A stretch of 64,000 bases of DNA from Carcharhinus longimanus. Taxonomy: Eukaryota. The stretch is taken from positions 92,154,449 to 92,218,448 of the forward strand of contig JASCQW010000132.1 of NCBI GenBank assembly GCA_030264375.1. Reading direction: 5' to 3'. The position numbers were made by a program, and so were the translations under genes. This document shows, one piece after another, positions 34,414 to 47,274 of the stretch. The first letter of the stretch is position 1, and each line of letters starts with the position of its first letter. The notes under the pieces were generated by a model, which saw only the letters and a program-made list of their open reading frames with translations, was not told where the DNA came from and did no database searches.

Positions 34414-34939
34414 GTTTGTTCATTATTGCTCCTTCTCATATTTGTTTTGCTAGAATTAATAAAGTTATATATACCTTAGATTCATATCCTTTCACACCCT
34501 TAGCCAACAACAATATATCGATTTCAGTTGACCCACCACCACAAACCTTTGCTCTTTGTGTCAAACATGTTTTCTGATTTTTCATCTTGACTGGCCTAGC
34601 TCTGATTCTAGGATTACATTCCCTGTTCTGGATACTGACGCCACAGGAAACTATTTCTCTAAATCTACCCTCTTAGATCCTATCATCATTTGAAACACCT
34701 AACTTTCTCAAGTCCAAGGAATGCACATTGAACGCTTCTAGGACACAACTGATTCCAGTATCCATTGCCAGACCAGGCTGGACCACATCAACTATTAGTA
34801 GGCCTTTCTCTGCTCTGTCAAAGCTACTCACTTCTTCAGGATATTCTAGAAAGTCCCTATAGTTGTCGACAGCCTGAATAAGTGAAGTAGGCTCCTGGGC
34901 TTTGTCATTAAGATGGTAACAATCTTTTCACCTGCTGGT

Positions 34940-35450
34940 TTTCCTCTTTCTGTTGTTGCCCTAATCCTGAACTTTTGTCTTGTTTGAGCCTTTTCTCTAT
35001 TTCCCCATATGCCACCTCCAATGTTATCTTGTTAATGAGATTCCTCTCTGCTTCTTTGACCACCTTCCACGAACCTGCTGAACACCAACTTCTCTTTCTG
35101 GCCCCATACCAGGTGACAATCTAAATGGTTTTGTCTCCTCAAATACTGCCTGTTCCCTACAAAATTATCATCATCCCACTTCAAAACCCTCACAAACCGT
35201 CATTCTATTGCCAACTCCATTTTCTCTCAAGTTCTGAAATATGTTGCTGACTGCCATAATTGTGCCCATCTTAACTCACAATGATACCCATCTTAACTAC
35301 AACTACATGTTTGAACTTCTGCTTTCAAATTTCCTATGCTCGTGCCACTGAAATGGCACGAATCAAAGTGATAATGAACATAATTTGTGACCATGATGCA
35401 CTTCCCATTATTCTCTTACTGTCCCTAATGCTTTGACACAGTTGTTGCAG
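34940..35450 (+). mobile_element. Degraded L2 LINE RT fragment
   Basis: Pyrimidine-rich L2 RT-like sequence (..CCAACTCCATTTTCTCTCAAGTTCTGAAA..GTTG, ..CCACTGAAATGGC..ATCAAAGT). Confidence 0.5.
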
Positions 35451-36164
35451 TTTGATTTGATNNNNNNNNNNNNNNNNNNNNNNNNNNNNNNNNNNNNNNN
35501 NNNNNNNNNNNNNNNNNNNNNNNNNNNNNNNNNNNNNNNNNNNNNNNNNNNNNNNNNNNNNGCCTTCTTGATCACCTGCTGCACCTGCAGACTGAGTTTT
35601 TGCGATTCATGCACAAGGACCCCCAGGTCCCTCTGCACTGTAGCACGTTGATAACTATATTTTTGTTACAATACCAAAGTTCCTGCTCAGAAATACAAGA
35701 ACCCTGTTTGCTTCGGATGTTATCTGCTGAATGTGGAATCTCCACTGAAGATTATTTAAAAGCCACCTATTGTAACAACTCCATGGTTCTTGTACCTATC
35801 TCTAACCGCCATGTAAAGTTGCTATACTTTATCTTTTTCACCGATTGGTGGCCTATAGAACATATCCACCAGTCTAGAGGCACTGCTATGTTTTCAACCA
35901 AATAGGTTCTATTCTTGACCAAAACCAACCACCCCCCCACCTTTTTTCCCTTCCCTTCCCAGGACATCCTTTCTCTCCGTCAATGTAATGTTCTCCTGTA
36001 TCAATCCAACCACCCTTTTCCTTTCTTTCCATCCCTATCTTTTCTGATTGCTTTGCATCAGAATTACTTGATACCCAATGTAGACCTGCCTGTTCTTGAG
36101 TCCATTAATGCCATATCACCTAGCTACCTCAGCAATATTATTTGCCACACTTTGTGCATATACA

Positions 36165-36433
36165 TAAAGTTAAAGTCTATTTATTAGTCACTGGTAGGCT
36201 TACATTGACACCGCAATTAAGTTACTATGAAAATCCCCCAGTTGTCACATTTTGGTGCCTGAGTAGGTACTTAGAGGAGGAATTTAGCATAGCGAATCCA
36301 CCTAACTAGCACGTATTTTGGACTGTGGACAGAAACCAGAGCACCCGGAGAAAACCCACGCAGACACAGGCAGAATATGCAGATTTCGTACAGACAGCGA
36401 CCCAAGCTGGGAATCAACCCGGGGTCCCTGGCG
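36165..36433 (-). mobile_element. HE1/V-SINE
   Basis: TTTGGACTGTG..GAAACCAGAGCACCCGGAGAAAACCCACGCAGACAC; tail AAAGT..ATTTATTAGTCAC. Confidence 0.85.
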
Positions 36434-37349
36434 CAAACTTAATTTAGATCTAATTACCTTCTCTCTCAGTCTGATCTCACCAAATATCATACTACTTCTT
36501 GCTGTAGTCGGACCCTGTCTCTCTAATGCTAAGTTATGGTTCCCAGTCACAAGTTAATACCTTTACCCCTTCTACAAATACCAGAGCAAGCTGCCCTGAG
36601 AGAGAATTGGTCCTAGTGCTGTTGATGTGTAACTTGTACAACCTGCCCTTCCCCAGGACTGGTACAGGAATCTAACACCCTCCCTCCTGCGACACATATT
36701 TGTTGGCATTTTGATATAACCAGCTGATGGGAGTTAGTTTGTTAGAATTTGGTCGGTATAGTTGGAGATTATTCTGACTGACGGAGCCCAGCATGTTCCC
36801 TCATCAGTATTTGCAGCCTTATTTGAGTTCATCCATATCTCCTGTGTCTGTATCCTTGCTCTCATAAAGTCCTGCTCACAAATTACTCCTGTAGTTAAAT
36901 TTGAAGATTTTCCTCTTGTTTCCAATTCCTTCCATGCCTCCCTTTCTGAGCTCTCTGCTTCTGTCTAATTAAGGTCCCTTGCACACCCTGGTTTTCACTG
37001 TTTCAAATACTTTGCAGGGCTATATAATGAACAGAACATGTATCAGTCAGATTCAAGCAACTGGGGCTATGCAAATTGGTCTCTGCTGTTAACTTGGTTC
37101 TGAAACGAAACTATTATAAAATTATTTCAAGCCATCTGATGGAACATTGCATTTGGTTAAAGTTTGTTCCACACCATTACAGTGGATGACTTGATTTGCA
37201 TAAGTTGCTGTTTCATATTATAAAATATTACCATATTCATTGAATTGGTTCATAAATCCAATGGTAATAACGCAAGAACTCACCAACTAGTTCCCCTTTT
37301 GGGACACCTTCACCAGTATATTTTTTGTTGCAAAAATTCTCATCTATAT

Positions 37350-37667
37350 TTTTATTTGATTCATTTATGGGACATGGGCGTCACTGGCTGGCCTGCATTT
37401 ATTTCTCAATCGTCCTTGTCTGTGTTTAGAGGGCAGTTGTGAGTCAACCACATAGCTGTGGCTCTGGAGTCACATGTAGGCCAGACCATGTTAAGGACAG
37501 CAGATTTCCCTCCTAAAGAACATTAGCGAACCAAATGGGTTTTTTACAACAATCGATAATGGTTTCATGGTTATCATAGATTCTTAAGTCCAGATCTTTT
37601 AGTGGATTCAAATTTCACCATTTGCCATGGTGGGGATTCGAATCAAGTACCCCAGAGCGTTACGCTG
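37350..37667 (-). mobile_element. tRNA-derived SINE with LINE-derived tail
   Basis: GGGACATGGGCGTCACTGGCTGG...GAGTCAACCACAT.GCTGTGG.TCTGGAGTCACATGTAGGCCAGACC...GGATTCGAA (B-box). Confidence 0.65.
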
Positions 37668-37869
37668 TTGTGACATGTCACGAGTAGCATGTGTAATAGC
37701 TCAGTGTACATGTTCCTCTGCTTCTCTGTGTGGTCCTCAGATAAAGATGCAATCAAGTGAGGTGACGGAAATACCAATGAGTGATGAGCCTTGTCAGTAA
37801 GAACTAGTTAATTCCCAGTTAATTGGCTCTTATTGTCAAGCCTTCAATAAGGTTGATGAACCTTCTGGA

Positions 37870-38160
37870 GAATGCCTTCAATAAGGTGCCTCATCAGAGG
37901 CTAATGAATAAAGTCAAAGAATGTGGAGGCAGGGTATAACAGATGGCGAGCTGGCTTCAGGACGGAAAGCGAAAATGGAAGTAATAGTTATTCAGATTGG
38001 CAGAATGTAGAGAGCGATGCTCCATGTGGATCGGTGCTGGAATAATGGCTGTTCACAATTAACATTAACGATTTGGATTTTGGTATCCAAAACATGATTT
38101 CTAAATTTGTGGATGACACCAAATTGCAGAAGGGGGCTGAGGACGACTTCAAAAATTGAT
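37870..38160 (+). mobile_element. CR1 LINE RT fragment
   Basis: Decayed AF.KVPH.RL...W..V.S..P.GSVL...LFTI.INDLD...ISKFVDDTKL. Confidence 0.75.
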
Positions 38161-38245
38161 AATAGGTCGGTATGGTGGCACAGTGCCTCACAGCACAAGG
38201 GACCCTGGTTCAATTCTAGCCTCGGGTCGCTGTCTGTATGGAGTT

Positions 38246-38835
38246 TAGAACATAGGACATAGAAAAACTACAGCACAAACAGGCCCTTCGGCCCACAAGT
38301 TGCACCGATGATATCCTACCTACTAGGCTTACTGTAACCTGCAATCCTATTAAGTCCCATGTACTCTTCCAGGAGTCTCTTAAAAGACCCTATCGAATTT
38401 GCCTCTACCACCACTGACGGCAGCCAATTCTTACTCCCTTAAAACCTGTGTCCTCTCGTAGCAACCATTTCAGCCCTGGGAAAAAGCCTCTGAGAATCCA
38501 CCCGATCTATACCTCTCAACATCTTACACACCTCTATCTGGTCACCTCTCATCCCTCATCTCTCCAAGGAGAAAAGACCAAGCTCCTTCAACCTATCTTC
38601 ATAAGGCAATTCACCCAATCCAGGCAACATCCTTGTAAATCTCCTCTGCACCTTTTCAATAACTTCCACATCCCTCCTGTAATGAGGCGACCAGAACTGA
38701 GCATAGTACTCCAATGGGTGTCTGACCAGGGTCTTATAAAGCTGCAGCATTATCTCCCGACTCCTAAACTCAATCCCTCGATTGATTAAGGCCAGTATAC
38801 CATACGCCTTCTTAACCATATCCTCCACCTGTAAA
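38246..38835 (-). mobile_element. CR1/HER1 LINE 3' fragment inserted in a V-SINE head (38170-38245)
   Basis: ORF 38556-38840 KKAYGILALINRGIEFRSREIMLQLYKTLVRHPLEY..QFWSPHYRRD..EKVQRRFTRMLPG; tail (AGAACAT)n. Confidence 0.9.
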
Positions 38836-39287
38836 GCCAATTTAAGTGGTTATAAGGTTTGTGATATCTTATCAGAGACTGTGAAGTGATGGGTGAAATA
38901 AGTGTGGAGTAATTGGTGACTGGATCTCAGTTTGTGTAAACTTATTTCAAAACAAAGAAATCCTAAAAAGAGAGTTGGAAAGCCTGGGCTAGGATCCTTG
39001 TTACAACAGTGGAGAGGGAGCTTTGTTTGAAAGGATATTTGGAGAAACCAGAGGCAGATTCCTGACAAAAACAGCTCATGGAAAGCATTGGTTGAATGAA
39101 AATTGTAAAGCGTACCTTTTTCAGAGTAGAATTTGGGAACACTCAGATGATAATCATTTGCAGGGGTTTGAGGAGAAATCTACAGAAGATCAATTGAGTG
39201 GCATCTGCCGCTTGGTTTCAGAATGGCGTGTCGTCTAATCACAGTCAGGCTGTGTGTTTACAAGGACTGAGTGCGTATTGAGAACAT

Positions 39288-39685
39288 TATAGAGTCATAG
39301 AGGTTTACAGCATGGATACAGGCCCTTCGGCCCAACTTGTCTATGCCACCATTTTTTTTAAAAACCCCTGAGCTAATCCCAATTGCCCGCATTTGGCCTA
39401 TATCCCTCTACATCCATTGTATCCATGTAATTATCTAAATGCTTTTTAAAAGATAAAATTGGACCCGCTTCTACAACTACCTCTGGCAGCTTGTTCCAGA
39501 CACTCACCATCCTCTGTGTGAAAAATTTCCTGTCTGGACACTTTTGGATCTCTCCCCTGTCACCTTAAACCTATGCTGTTTAGTTTTAGACTCCCCTACC
39601 TTTGGGACAAGGTATTGATTATCTGCCTTGTCTGTGCCCCTCATTATTGTATAGAACTCTATAAGGTCACCCCTCAGCCTCCAGG
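39288..39685 (-). mobile_element. CR1/HER1 LINE 3' end
   Basis: ATAGAGTCATAGAGGTTTACAGCATGG..ACAGGCCCTTCGGCCCAAC... Confidence 0.85.
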
Positions 39686-39719
39686 ACTTGAGAATTTATC
39701 CCACTGAAGCCTCACCCCA

Positions 39720-40103
39720 TGACTTGAGAATATCTCACTCCATGACTTGAGAATATTCCATTCCAATAAGGTACCAAGGGAGTGTTGCAGTATTAGCATT
39801 GTCATCTTTTGGATGAGGTGTTAACCTGAGACTCCTTCAGCCCTCTCAGGTGGACAAATAAAAAACATGTCACTCTTTCGAAGAAGAGCAACCAATATTT
39901 ACCCATTAATCAACATTCCAAAGAAAGATTGTATTATAGTAACATTGTTGTTTTATTGGGCGTTTGCAGAGTACAAACTGGGCTGCCTTGTTTCCTATAT
40001 TACAATAGTAGCTTCACGTCAAAAAGAAGCAATTGGCTGTAAAGTGCTTTGGAACATCAGGTAGTCATGAAAAGTGCTGTGCAAGTGCAAGTCTATTTTT
40101 TTT
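39720..40103 (+). mobile_element. Deu-domain SINE (SacSINE1/AmnSINE1-related) with L2-like tail
   Basis: GGGAGTGTTGCA...TCTTTTGGATGAG..GTTAA...CCCTCTCAGGTGGAC...TTCGAAGAAGAGCA...ATTGGCTGTAAAGTGCTTTGG...TGCAAGTCT. Confidence 0.7.
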
Positions 40104-41489
40104 CCCCACATTCCAAAACCCAGGAGGTGGATCTCCTGCATCTGAGTCCCACCTACCATTTTTAAAGTCAACCTTACTTGGCAAAGGTCCGTGCCTAAAA
40201 TTATACACCATAATCTAGGTGTGATCTCACTAAAGCCCATTACAATTGGAGTAAGATTTATTTATTTTTGCATGCTAATTCCCTGGCAATAAAGGCCAAA
40301 ATGTCATTTGCCTCTCTAATTGCCCTGCTGTACCTGCATGCTACTGTTGTGTTCCTTGTACCCCAGAGATACCCAAGTATCTCTGAATATCAACATCTTA
40401 TGCCTTTTAAAACATATTCTGCCTCCTATTCTATCTCATACTTCTCCACATCATGTTCCATCTCCCACCTTGCTGCCTACTCACTTAAACTGATTATATA
40501 ATATGCAGCTTCCTTGTGTCCTCCTCACAGCTTAAATTCACACCTAACTTTGCAGAACAGAAACCAAAGATGGGACAAACTTTGATTCAGTAATTCAGGG
40601 TATAACTCATTGACATTGCACTGATAAGTAATAGTAAATCTGGTAGAAATTAGATTTCTATCATAACTAACAGTAACGACTCATTGATAGTTTGCATGTA
40701 ACTGATAGCAAAGGGTGTAATGATCCAATACCCATCTGTAATTAAGTGTAATCCTGTAACATGATGATATTCACTCTGAAACCATAGCCAGAATTTCTGC
40801 ACAGGGAGTGATTAAGCTCTTCAAGTCAGCCCGTTTTAACTGGCCTAATCACCCTACCAACCTTCTTGGACTCCAGTTTTGAAGTCCACTTCCATTTGAA
40901 GGTGACAATTTGGAATAGGAAACCTCAGACAGAGCTGATCTATATTTGGACTTCACAAGTCAAACCAGTTGGCAAGACTGATCTGAACAAAGGTAAGTGG
41001 ATTCGGTGTATGGAGCTTCTCACAGGGCACATTGTCTTAAATTCAGCTCAGCACCAACATATCTAAAGAACTCCCTGGGCTTTGTTTCAAAGAAGCAATA
41101 CGTTCAATGAATCATGGGAATCATAGCACAAGAGGAGACTATTTAGCTCCCGGTACTGGCACTTTCCTGTAAACCTATTTTGCCATAATTTTTAAAAGAC
41201 ATATATCCCATTCCCTTTGAAATTATATTTTAGTCTACACCTCAATAGTCACATGTTGTAAAATATCCCATGGTCAAACATCCTCAGTTCAAGGACCACC
41301 TTCACTTCAGTGAGAGAGAAGCTTCCCAAATCTAATGGCAGACAAAGCACATGCTCAGATCTGTATGCATAGCTGGTTTTCCTGGAACAAATCACCTGTC
41401 GCTGGAGGCTATAGTGGAAGAGATGCCACTTTTTATCAAGCACAGTTGACCCAGAGACTGTCCTATTCCTAATGCCTGCCATGGACATG

Positions 41490-42267
41490 TTGATTTGATT
41501 TGATTTATTATTGTCACATGTATTAGTACATAGTAAAAAGTATTGTTTCTTGTGCACTATACAGACAAAGCATACAGTACGTAGAGAAAGAGAGGAGAGA
41601 GTGCAGGATGTAGCATTATAGTTATTGCTAGGATGTAGAGAAAGATCAACTTAATGCAAGGTAAGTCAATTCAGAAGTCTGATGGCTGCAGGGAAAAAGC
41701 TATTCTTGAGTTGGTTGGTACACGTCCTCAGACTTTTGTATCTTTCTCCTATTGGAAGAAAGTGGAAGAGAGTATGTCCAGGGTGTGTAATGTCCTTGAT
41801 TATGCTGGCTGCTTTTCCAAAGCAGCAGAAAGTTTAGACAGCGCAACTGATGGAAGGCTGGTTTGAGTGATCCTTTGTAGTTTCCTGCAGTCTTGGTCAG
41901 AGCAGGAGCCACACCAAGCTGTGAAACATCCAGAAAGAATGCTTTCTATGGTGAATCTGTAAAAAAAAAAAAAATGGTGAGAGTCATAGCAGACATGCCA
42001 AATTTCCTTGACCACCTGAGAAAGTAGGGACGTTGGTGGGCTTTCTTATCTAGAGCATCAGAATGGGGGGGACCAGGACAGATTTTTAATGATCTGGACT
42101 TGAAAGTCTGCAAGCAACCTGAACGACTGTGCCACTGTAGTAAGTGACTTCAGTAGTAAGCATGTGGAAGACTGTGTGCCAAAGAAGTAATTCTGTGTTT
42201 TCCAACTGGAAACCATGGATGAACAGGGATATCCACTGCTTGCTGAAGTCCAGTGCTGAGGCATTCA
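41490..42267 (-). mobile_element. Rex1/Babar LINE with inverted 5' segment
   Basis: - strand TIESILSGCFTAWCGSCSDQDCRKLQRI plus (TTTGA)n tail at 41490. Segment ~42100-42267 encodes upstream Rex1 sequence (VEDCVPKK..F.N.KPWMNRDIH.LLKS) on the + strand. Confidence 0.75.
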
Positions 42268-42599
42268 TATATATATCAGTTACAATAGTTCGTAAGATTG
42301 TTATGATTTGGGACTATGGGTGGGAGATTCTGGCTGTTCCTGCTGGCATGATCATCTGGTATTGCCAAAGTCAATTTTGTGTAATTTTAAGTATAAATTG
42401 CTGACAAAAAAGTGTTTAGTTAATAATGATTTTTGTCTATTTGTTACAGTGAAAGTCTTTAAATCATGAAATCTTATCATGTTGTCCTTTTAGCTTTCAA
42501 CCAGAAGTTTGAATTTGTATTTTTAAAGCTAATGGTCTCTATGGAGATTGTAACAAAGTTGAAAGCCATCCATTGTACTCAGTTTTCTAATCATATTCA

Positions 42600-43520
42600 A
42601 AGCATCTCCAACAATACATTTCCACATGGAAGTATCCTTAGACTCCTGCTCATCCTTATCTGCATGCTATCCCTTGGTGAAATCACCCAAAGTCATGGGT
42701 CAGGTTCGACATGTACACTGATGACTTCTAGTTCTGTCTCTCCATCACTCCCTTGACCTCACCATCAAAGTTTTGTTGTAAGGCTTGTCTGACATCCAGT
42801 TTTGAATCAATTTACTACAGTTCTTCCAGTTAAACATTGGTCACACAAAACCATTGACTTTGGCCCTTGCAGCTAAGTCTTTCTCATTGCCATCAATTCC
42901 ATCATCCTCCCTCATTAGTCTCTCAGGTTGAGCCAGATTGTTTGAATCTTCAATCTTCTATTTGATCCCGAGCTGAACTTCCCATATCCTCTCACGAAGA
43001 CCATTTCATTTCTCCTCTGACGTATCATATATTTCTGATCCAGCCTCAGCCTATCAGCCGCTCAAAGCCTCACTCATCCCATTGTCCCTTCTGAGCATAA
43101 TAGGAGGCTTGCCATTGACCACTGATGGGATCTGCTGGCCCCACCGAAGATGATGGCCATTTTTTGTGGCTCGCCAACCACACTGCTGGGGAACGAGATT
43201 ATGCCAACAGGAAAGGCTGGAAAATCCTGGTCATTGGCTCTGTAACCGTTTCCAGTCCTAGAACCCTCCTACAAGTCAGCATTTCTCCAACACCAGACCT
43301 CTTGTGAGTCCTCCACTCCTTTCATCAAATCATTGGTAACTATGCCTTCTGTAGTCTACATCTTAAACGTAATTCCCACCCTAAGCCTCTTGATAACTCC
43401 ACCTCCTTAAGCACTTTCTTATAGCCCCTCTCTGGCTGAACTATTTGGTATTCCTCCTGGAATTTTCTCCTTTAGCTCAGCATCTGTTTTTGTATTATTA
43501 ACCCGCTGTGTAATATCACA
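42600..43520 (+). mobile_element. Degraded L2 LINE (RT to 3' tail), with a small MITE-like insert near 43100-43230
   Basis: Decayed P.GSIL..LL.LI.ML.LG.I...HG and ..GCTTGTCTGACATCCAG...TTGATCCCGAGCTGA. Confidence 0.6.
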
Positions 43521-43714
43521 TGATGTTTGTATTATGTTTTTATCTAGAAAAGACAGAAGTTACTTTTGGGCCTGCTCAAAATCAAATGGTACAATGTAAT
43601 GAAGTTAATGTACTGGAAGATGAACCAACTAACCTTTTCTCACTCTCACACTAATATACGCTGTCTTTTAAACTTTTGGATTAAGTTCATACCTCTCCTA
43701 GTCTTACAAGATGA

Positions 43715-44580
43715 AGCGCTCAAGGTGTAGGGAGTAACATAGCAGCATGGATATCAGATTGGTTAACTAATGGGAGACAGAGTAGGCACGAATGGGTCAT
43801 TTTTGGGTTGGCAAGATGTCACAAGTGGAGTGCCACGGGGATTGGAGCTGGAGCCTAAGGGACTAAATGTATGGTTGCTGAATTTGCTGATGACACAAAG
43901 AAAGGTAGGAGAGTAACTTGTGAAGAGAATGTAAGGAGTTTGCAAAGGTATGTAGTTATGTTAACTGAGTGGGCAAACATTTGGCAGATGGAGTATCATG
44001 TGGGAAAATGTGAACTTGTCCATTTTGTCAGGGAGAAAATAAAATCAGCATATTAGCTAAATGGAGAGATATTACAGAACTCTACTGTACAGAGGGAACA
44101 GGATCTCCAAGTACATGAATCACAAAAGTTAGTTCATGGATACAGCAAGTGACTCATAAGGTAAATGAAATGATGGTTCTTGCAAGGGGAATGGAATATT
44201 AAAGTAGGGAAGNNNNNNNNNNNNAGTTTTACAGTGCGTGTAGTTTTGTCTCCTTACTTAAGAAGGGACATAGTTGCATTAGAAGCAGTTAAGAGAAGGT
44301 TCACTTGACTAATTCCAGGGATGAAGAGGTTAGTTTTTGACCAAAGTTGTATCCAGTGGGCTTTAGGAAAACAAGAGGTTATCTTATTGAAACATGTGAG
44401 ATTTTGAGGGGGACTTGACAGGGTGAATGCTGAAGGGATGGTTCCCCCTGTGGAGGAAGCTGGAACTAGGTGACACAGTTTAGGACTCTCCAACCTATTA
44501 CAACAGACGAGGAAGAAAAGATTCTCTGAGGGTCTGAGTCTGTGGTATTTTCACAAGAGAGCGATGGAGGCAGGATTCAC
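43715..44580 (+). mobile_element. CR1 LINE RT/3' fragment
   Basis: WQDVTSGVP.G; ORF MVAEFADDTK..RVTCEENVRSLQR...EWANIWQMEYHVGKCELVHF. Confidence 0.85.
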
Positions 44581-44658
44581 TAAATATCCGAGTGTTATCT
44601 AGCTTGTATGAACATTGACTGTCTTGGATCTCCAGTTTAATATTAACTCAAATGCGAA

Positions 44659-45442
44659 GGATTGAATTCCCTACAAAAAAATTCCTCCCAAAATAAGTGC
44701 CGAATTTGGGTAAAAACTGGAGTACATAACGTTGCTTTTTCAGCGAGATTTTCAATTTGAATCTCCCACACGCTGAGCACTGCAGAGTGCCTGCGCGTGA
44801 TCTTGTTAAAAATCAGTGGGCGGACCTATTCCTACCGGAGAGGACTGCAGCACTGCGAATGCACTGATCTGTTAGAGCCGAGATTGGCACATGCACAGTA
44901 GCCCCACACTGCTGGCCTCCCCATCTCTGGCCAGCCCTGCAATCCCACATATCACTGCCCCTCCAACCCCCAACACACCCTGATTGCTGCCACCTCTCCC
45001 TCCAGCAGGCCAACCCCCTCCACCCCCAGGGGCAGTGCCAGGGGGCTGAGCTTGCACTACCAGCCTGGCAATGGCCAGGGAGCAATCCCTTCTTACCCCA
45101 GGCCTTTTGAAGAGCCTCCATGGCCCCCTTCACTCCAGTGGGGTTGGGCCACCAGCTCCCCATTAGTGGAGAGCTGTTGTAAACCCTGCTGGAGTGAACC
45201 ACTCCTCATGGGGAGGGGGGAGATGGGCGACAGGCTAGCAGACCTGGAGACTTCAGTCCCGGGCTTGCTAATCAAATTCAAATTTGAATTTAAATATTTT
45301 AATGAACTCCACACCGATTTCTGGCGGGGAGCTGAAGATGCCAGAAATCTGGCAGCTGGAGATGTGCAGAGGCCCTGTCGCCCAGAGGAAAAACCAATAC
45401 ACAGCCTCCTCTTGTCTCCCAGCAGGCTGGGAGAATCAACCC
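44659..45442. mobile_element. GC-rich MITE/non-autonomous DNA transposon (Harbinger-like TIRs)
   Basis: Termini GGATTGAATTCCC / GGGAGAATCAACCC are imperfect inverted repeats; C-rich interior. Confidence 0.6.
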
Positions 45443-45524
45443 ATAATCTTTGTTTTTCTCTTAACTTAAGCAACTGGCATTCTGGCAGTTGACAATGCTG
45501 CTTTTGCTGACAGCATGTCAGTAA

Positions 45525-45740
45525 GTAAAGTGGCTGTTGTCCCAGATGACCATAGACTGCTTTCCCCTTTGAAGGGGAGAGCTGGCTGGTGGCGATTTAA
45601 CCTCAGGATCACCACATCACAGGCGAGGTTGAGAAGGTGGGGCCTTCGTGAGTATCTCAGCCAGTACAGGAACTGAACATGTGTTGTTGGCATCATTCTG
45701 CATCACTAACCAGCCAGCCATCCAGCCAACTGAGCTAACC
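45525..45740 (-). mobile_element. tRNA-derived SINE
   Basis: - strand head GGTTAGCTCAGTTGGCTGGATGG (A-box) ... GTTCAGTTCC (B-box-like). Confidence 0.65.
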
Positions 45741-47021
45741 TGATTCTCCCAACAGTATGCAAGGCCAATTTGTTGTAATTACATTTTTGGCAACATTTGC
45801 TGTAAGACCATTGTTTACTGCAATCCTCTCGCATTAGATCAAAGGCAAAATTTCTTGAAAATTCTTTATCATATTCTGTCATTGATGTTGCTGGTCCAAG
45901 GAGCTTTGAAATGACACGACCCCCAAGAAACAGACTAGCGAGTTTCTCAGTTTCCTTTGACCAATGTTTGGTTATTTAGTGCTCCATGGTGGAAGAGATA
46001 AATAAATTAACTATAGCATGACCAAGATATTTTTGGAAGCTAAGAGTTGGTTGATTTATTTTTGTTGCATTACTATTCCAGTCATGTTGATAATAGTCGC
46101 TATTCTTAATGTTGTTGGGATGTCTGGATTTTTGAATTCTGATGTATTAAACTCACCCAAAATATTAAAATTGCCTCAAGCAGTCTATCCACCAAAGGAG
46201 AAATGTCCAGCTGGGAGAGCCAGTGAGCCTGGACCAATGTAACCAAATGAGATTAGCTTTTTAAGCTTTTTGCATTTAAAACTATGGCCGATCTGCTTAC
46301 TGATTTTGACTCCATTTGTGAACTTCTCAAGAGTCTACATTTCTGCTGAGAATTTCAAACCCAACTCTGCTTTGCTTAGATCAATGAACTGCAAAATTGG
46401 ATTTCCATTCTAATTATTGTTAAATAATAAACATTTTGAAACCTCCATTTCAAGGATCTTGAAGAAGTGCCATCAATATTACAAAAATGGAGGAAGGAAT
46501 AAAACACTCCAGATCTGCACCGTGTGCTCTTAATCAAATCTCAACATGTGTTTGCAGTAAACACCTGTTTAATGGTCAAGCTGTACTTATAGAGGTTAAA
46601 CGTAATTCCTAAGCTTCTAAATCACAGCATTTCTTTTTGCTGTTTATCTTATTATACCATATGTTTGAAAATAAAAACATTTATTAGACCAAGGGTGCAG
46701 CATGTGTTAAGAGCTTTTAGGTTGTGGAAGATTAAGAAATCTTGAATACACAAGTGAGTGTTGCAGTCTTTCTCCGATCTCCACCCTCCCTCCCAATCTC
46801 TTCACCTTTTTCCATATTCTTAAAAGCAGATAAAGCTTTCAATGTTCAATCCAAAGACTGGTAAAAGCAGCATAACCAAGATCATTGTTTCTTTCGACAA
46901 ACTACAGTTAGTATTTACATGTTTTAAATTTTATTCGAAACATATATCATGCATTAAAAGTAATAATCAACTGCGAAGTTAGTCATACTTCTGGAACCCA
47001 GACAATTATTAGAATCAGAAT

Positions 47022-47250
47022 TCTGGGTGCTCCAGTTTCCTCCCACAGTCCAAAGATGTGTGGGTTAGGTGGATTAGCCNNNNNNNNNNNNNNNNNNNNN
47101 NNNNNNNNNNNNNNNNNNNNNNNNNNNNNNNNNNNNNNNNNNNNNNNNNNNNNNNNNNNNNNNNNNNNNNNNNNNNNNNGGTAGGGCCTGGGTGGGATTG
47201 TGTTCGGTGCAGACTCGATGGGCTGAAGGGCCTCTTTCTGCACTGTAGGG
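47022..47250 (+). mobile_element. HE1/V-SINE 3' part (spans gap)
   Basis: GGGTGCTCCAGTTTCCTCCCACAGTCCAAAGATGTGTGGGTTAGG ... GATGGGCTGAAGGGCCTCTTTCTGCACTGTAGG. Confidence 0.85.
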
Positions 47251-47274
47251 TTCTATCATTCTATGATGATTCTA

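Noticed and set aside
44813-45492. Overlapping 126-146 aa ORFs on both strands
   Set aside because: They lie inside a GC-rich TIR-bounded MITE and show no recognisable protein motif.
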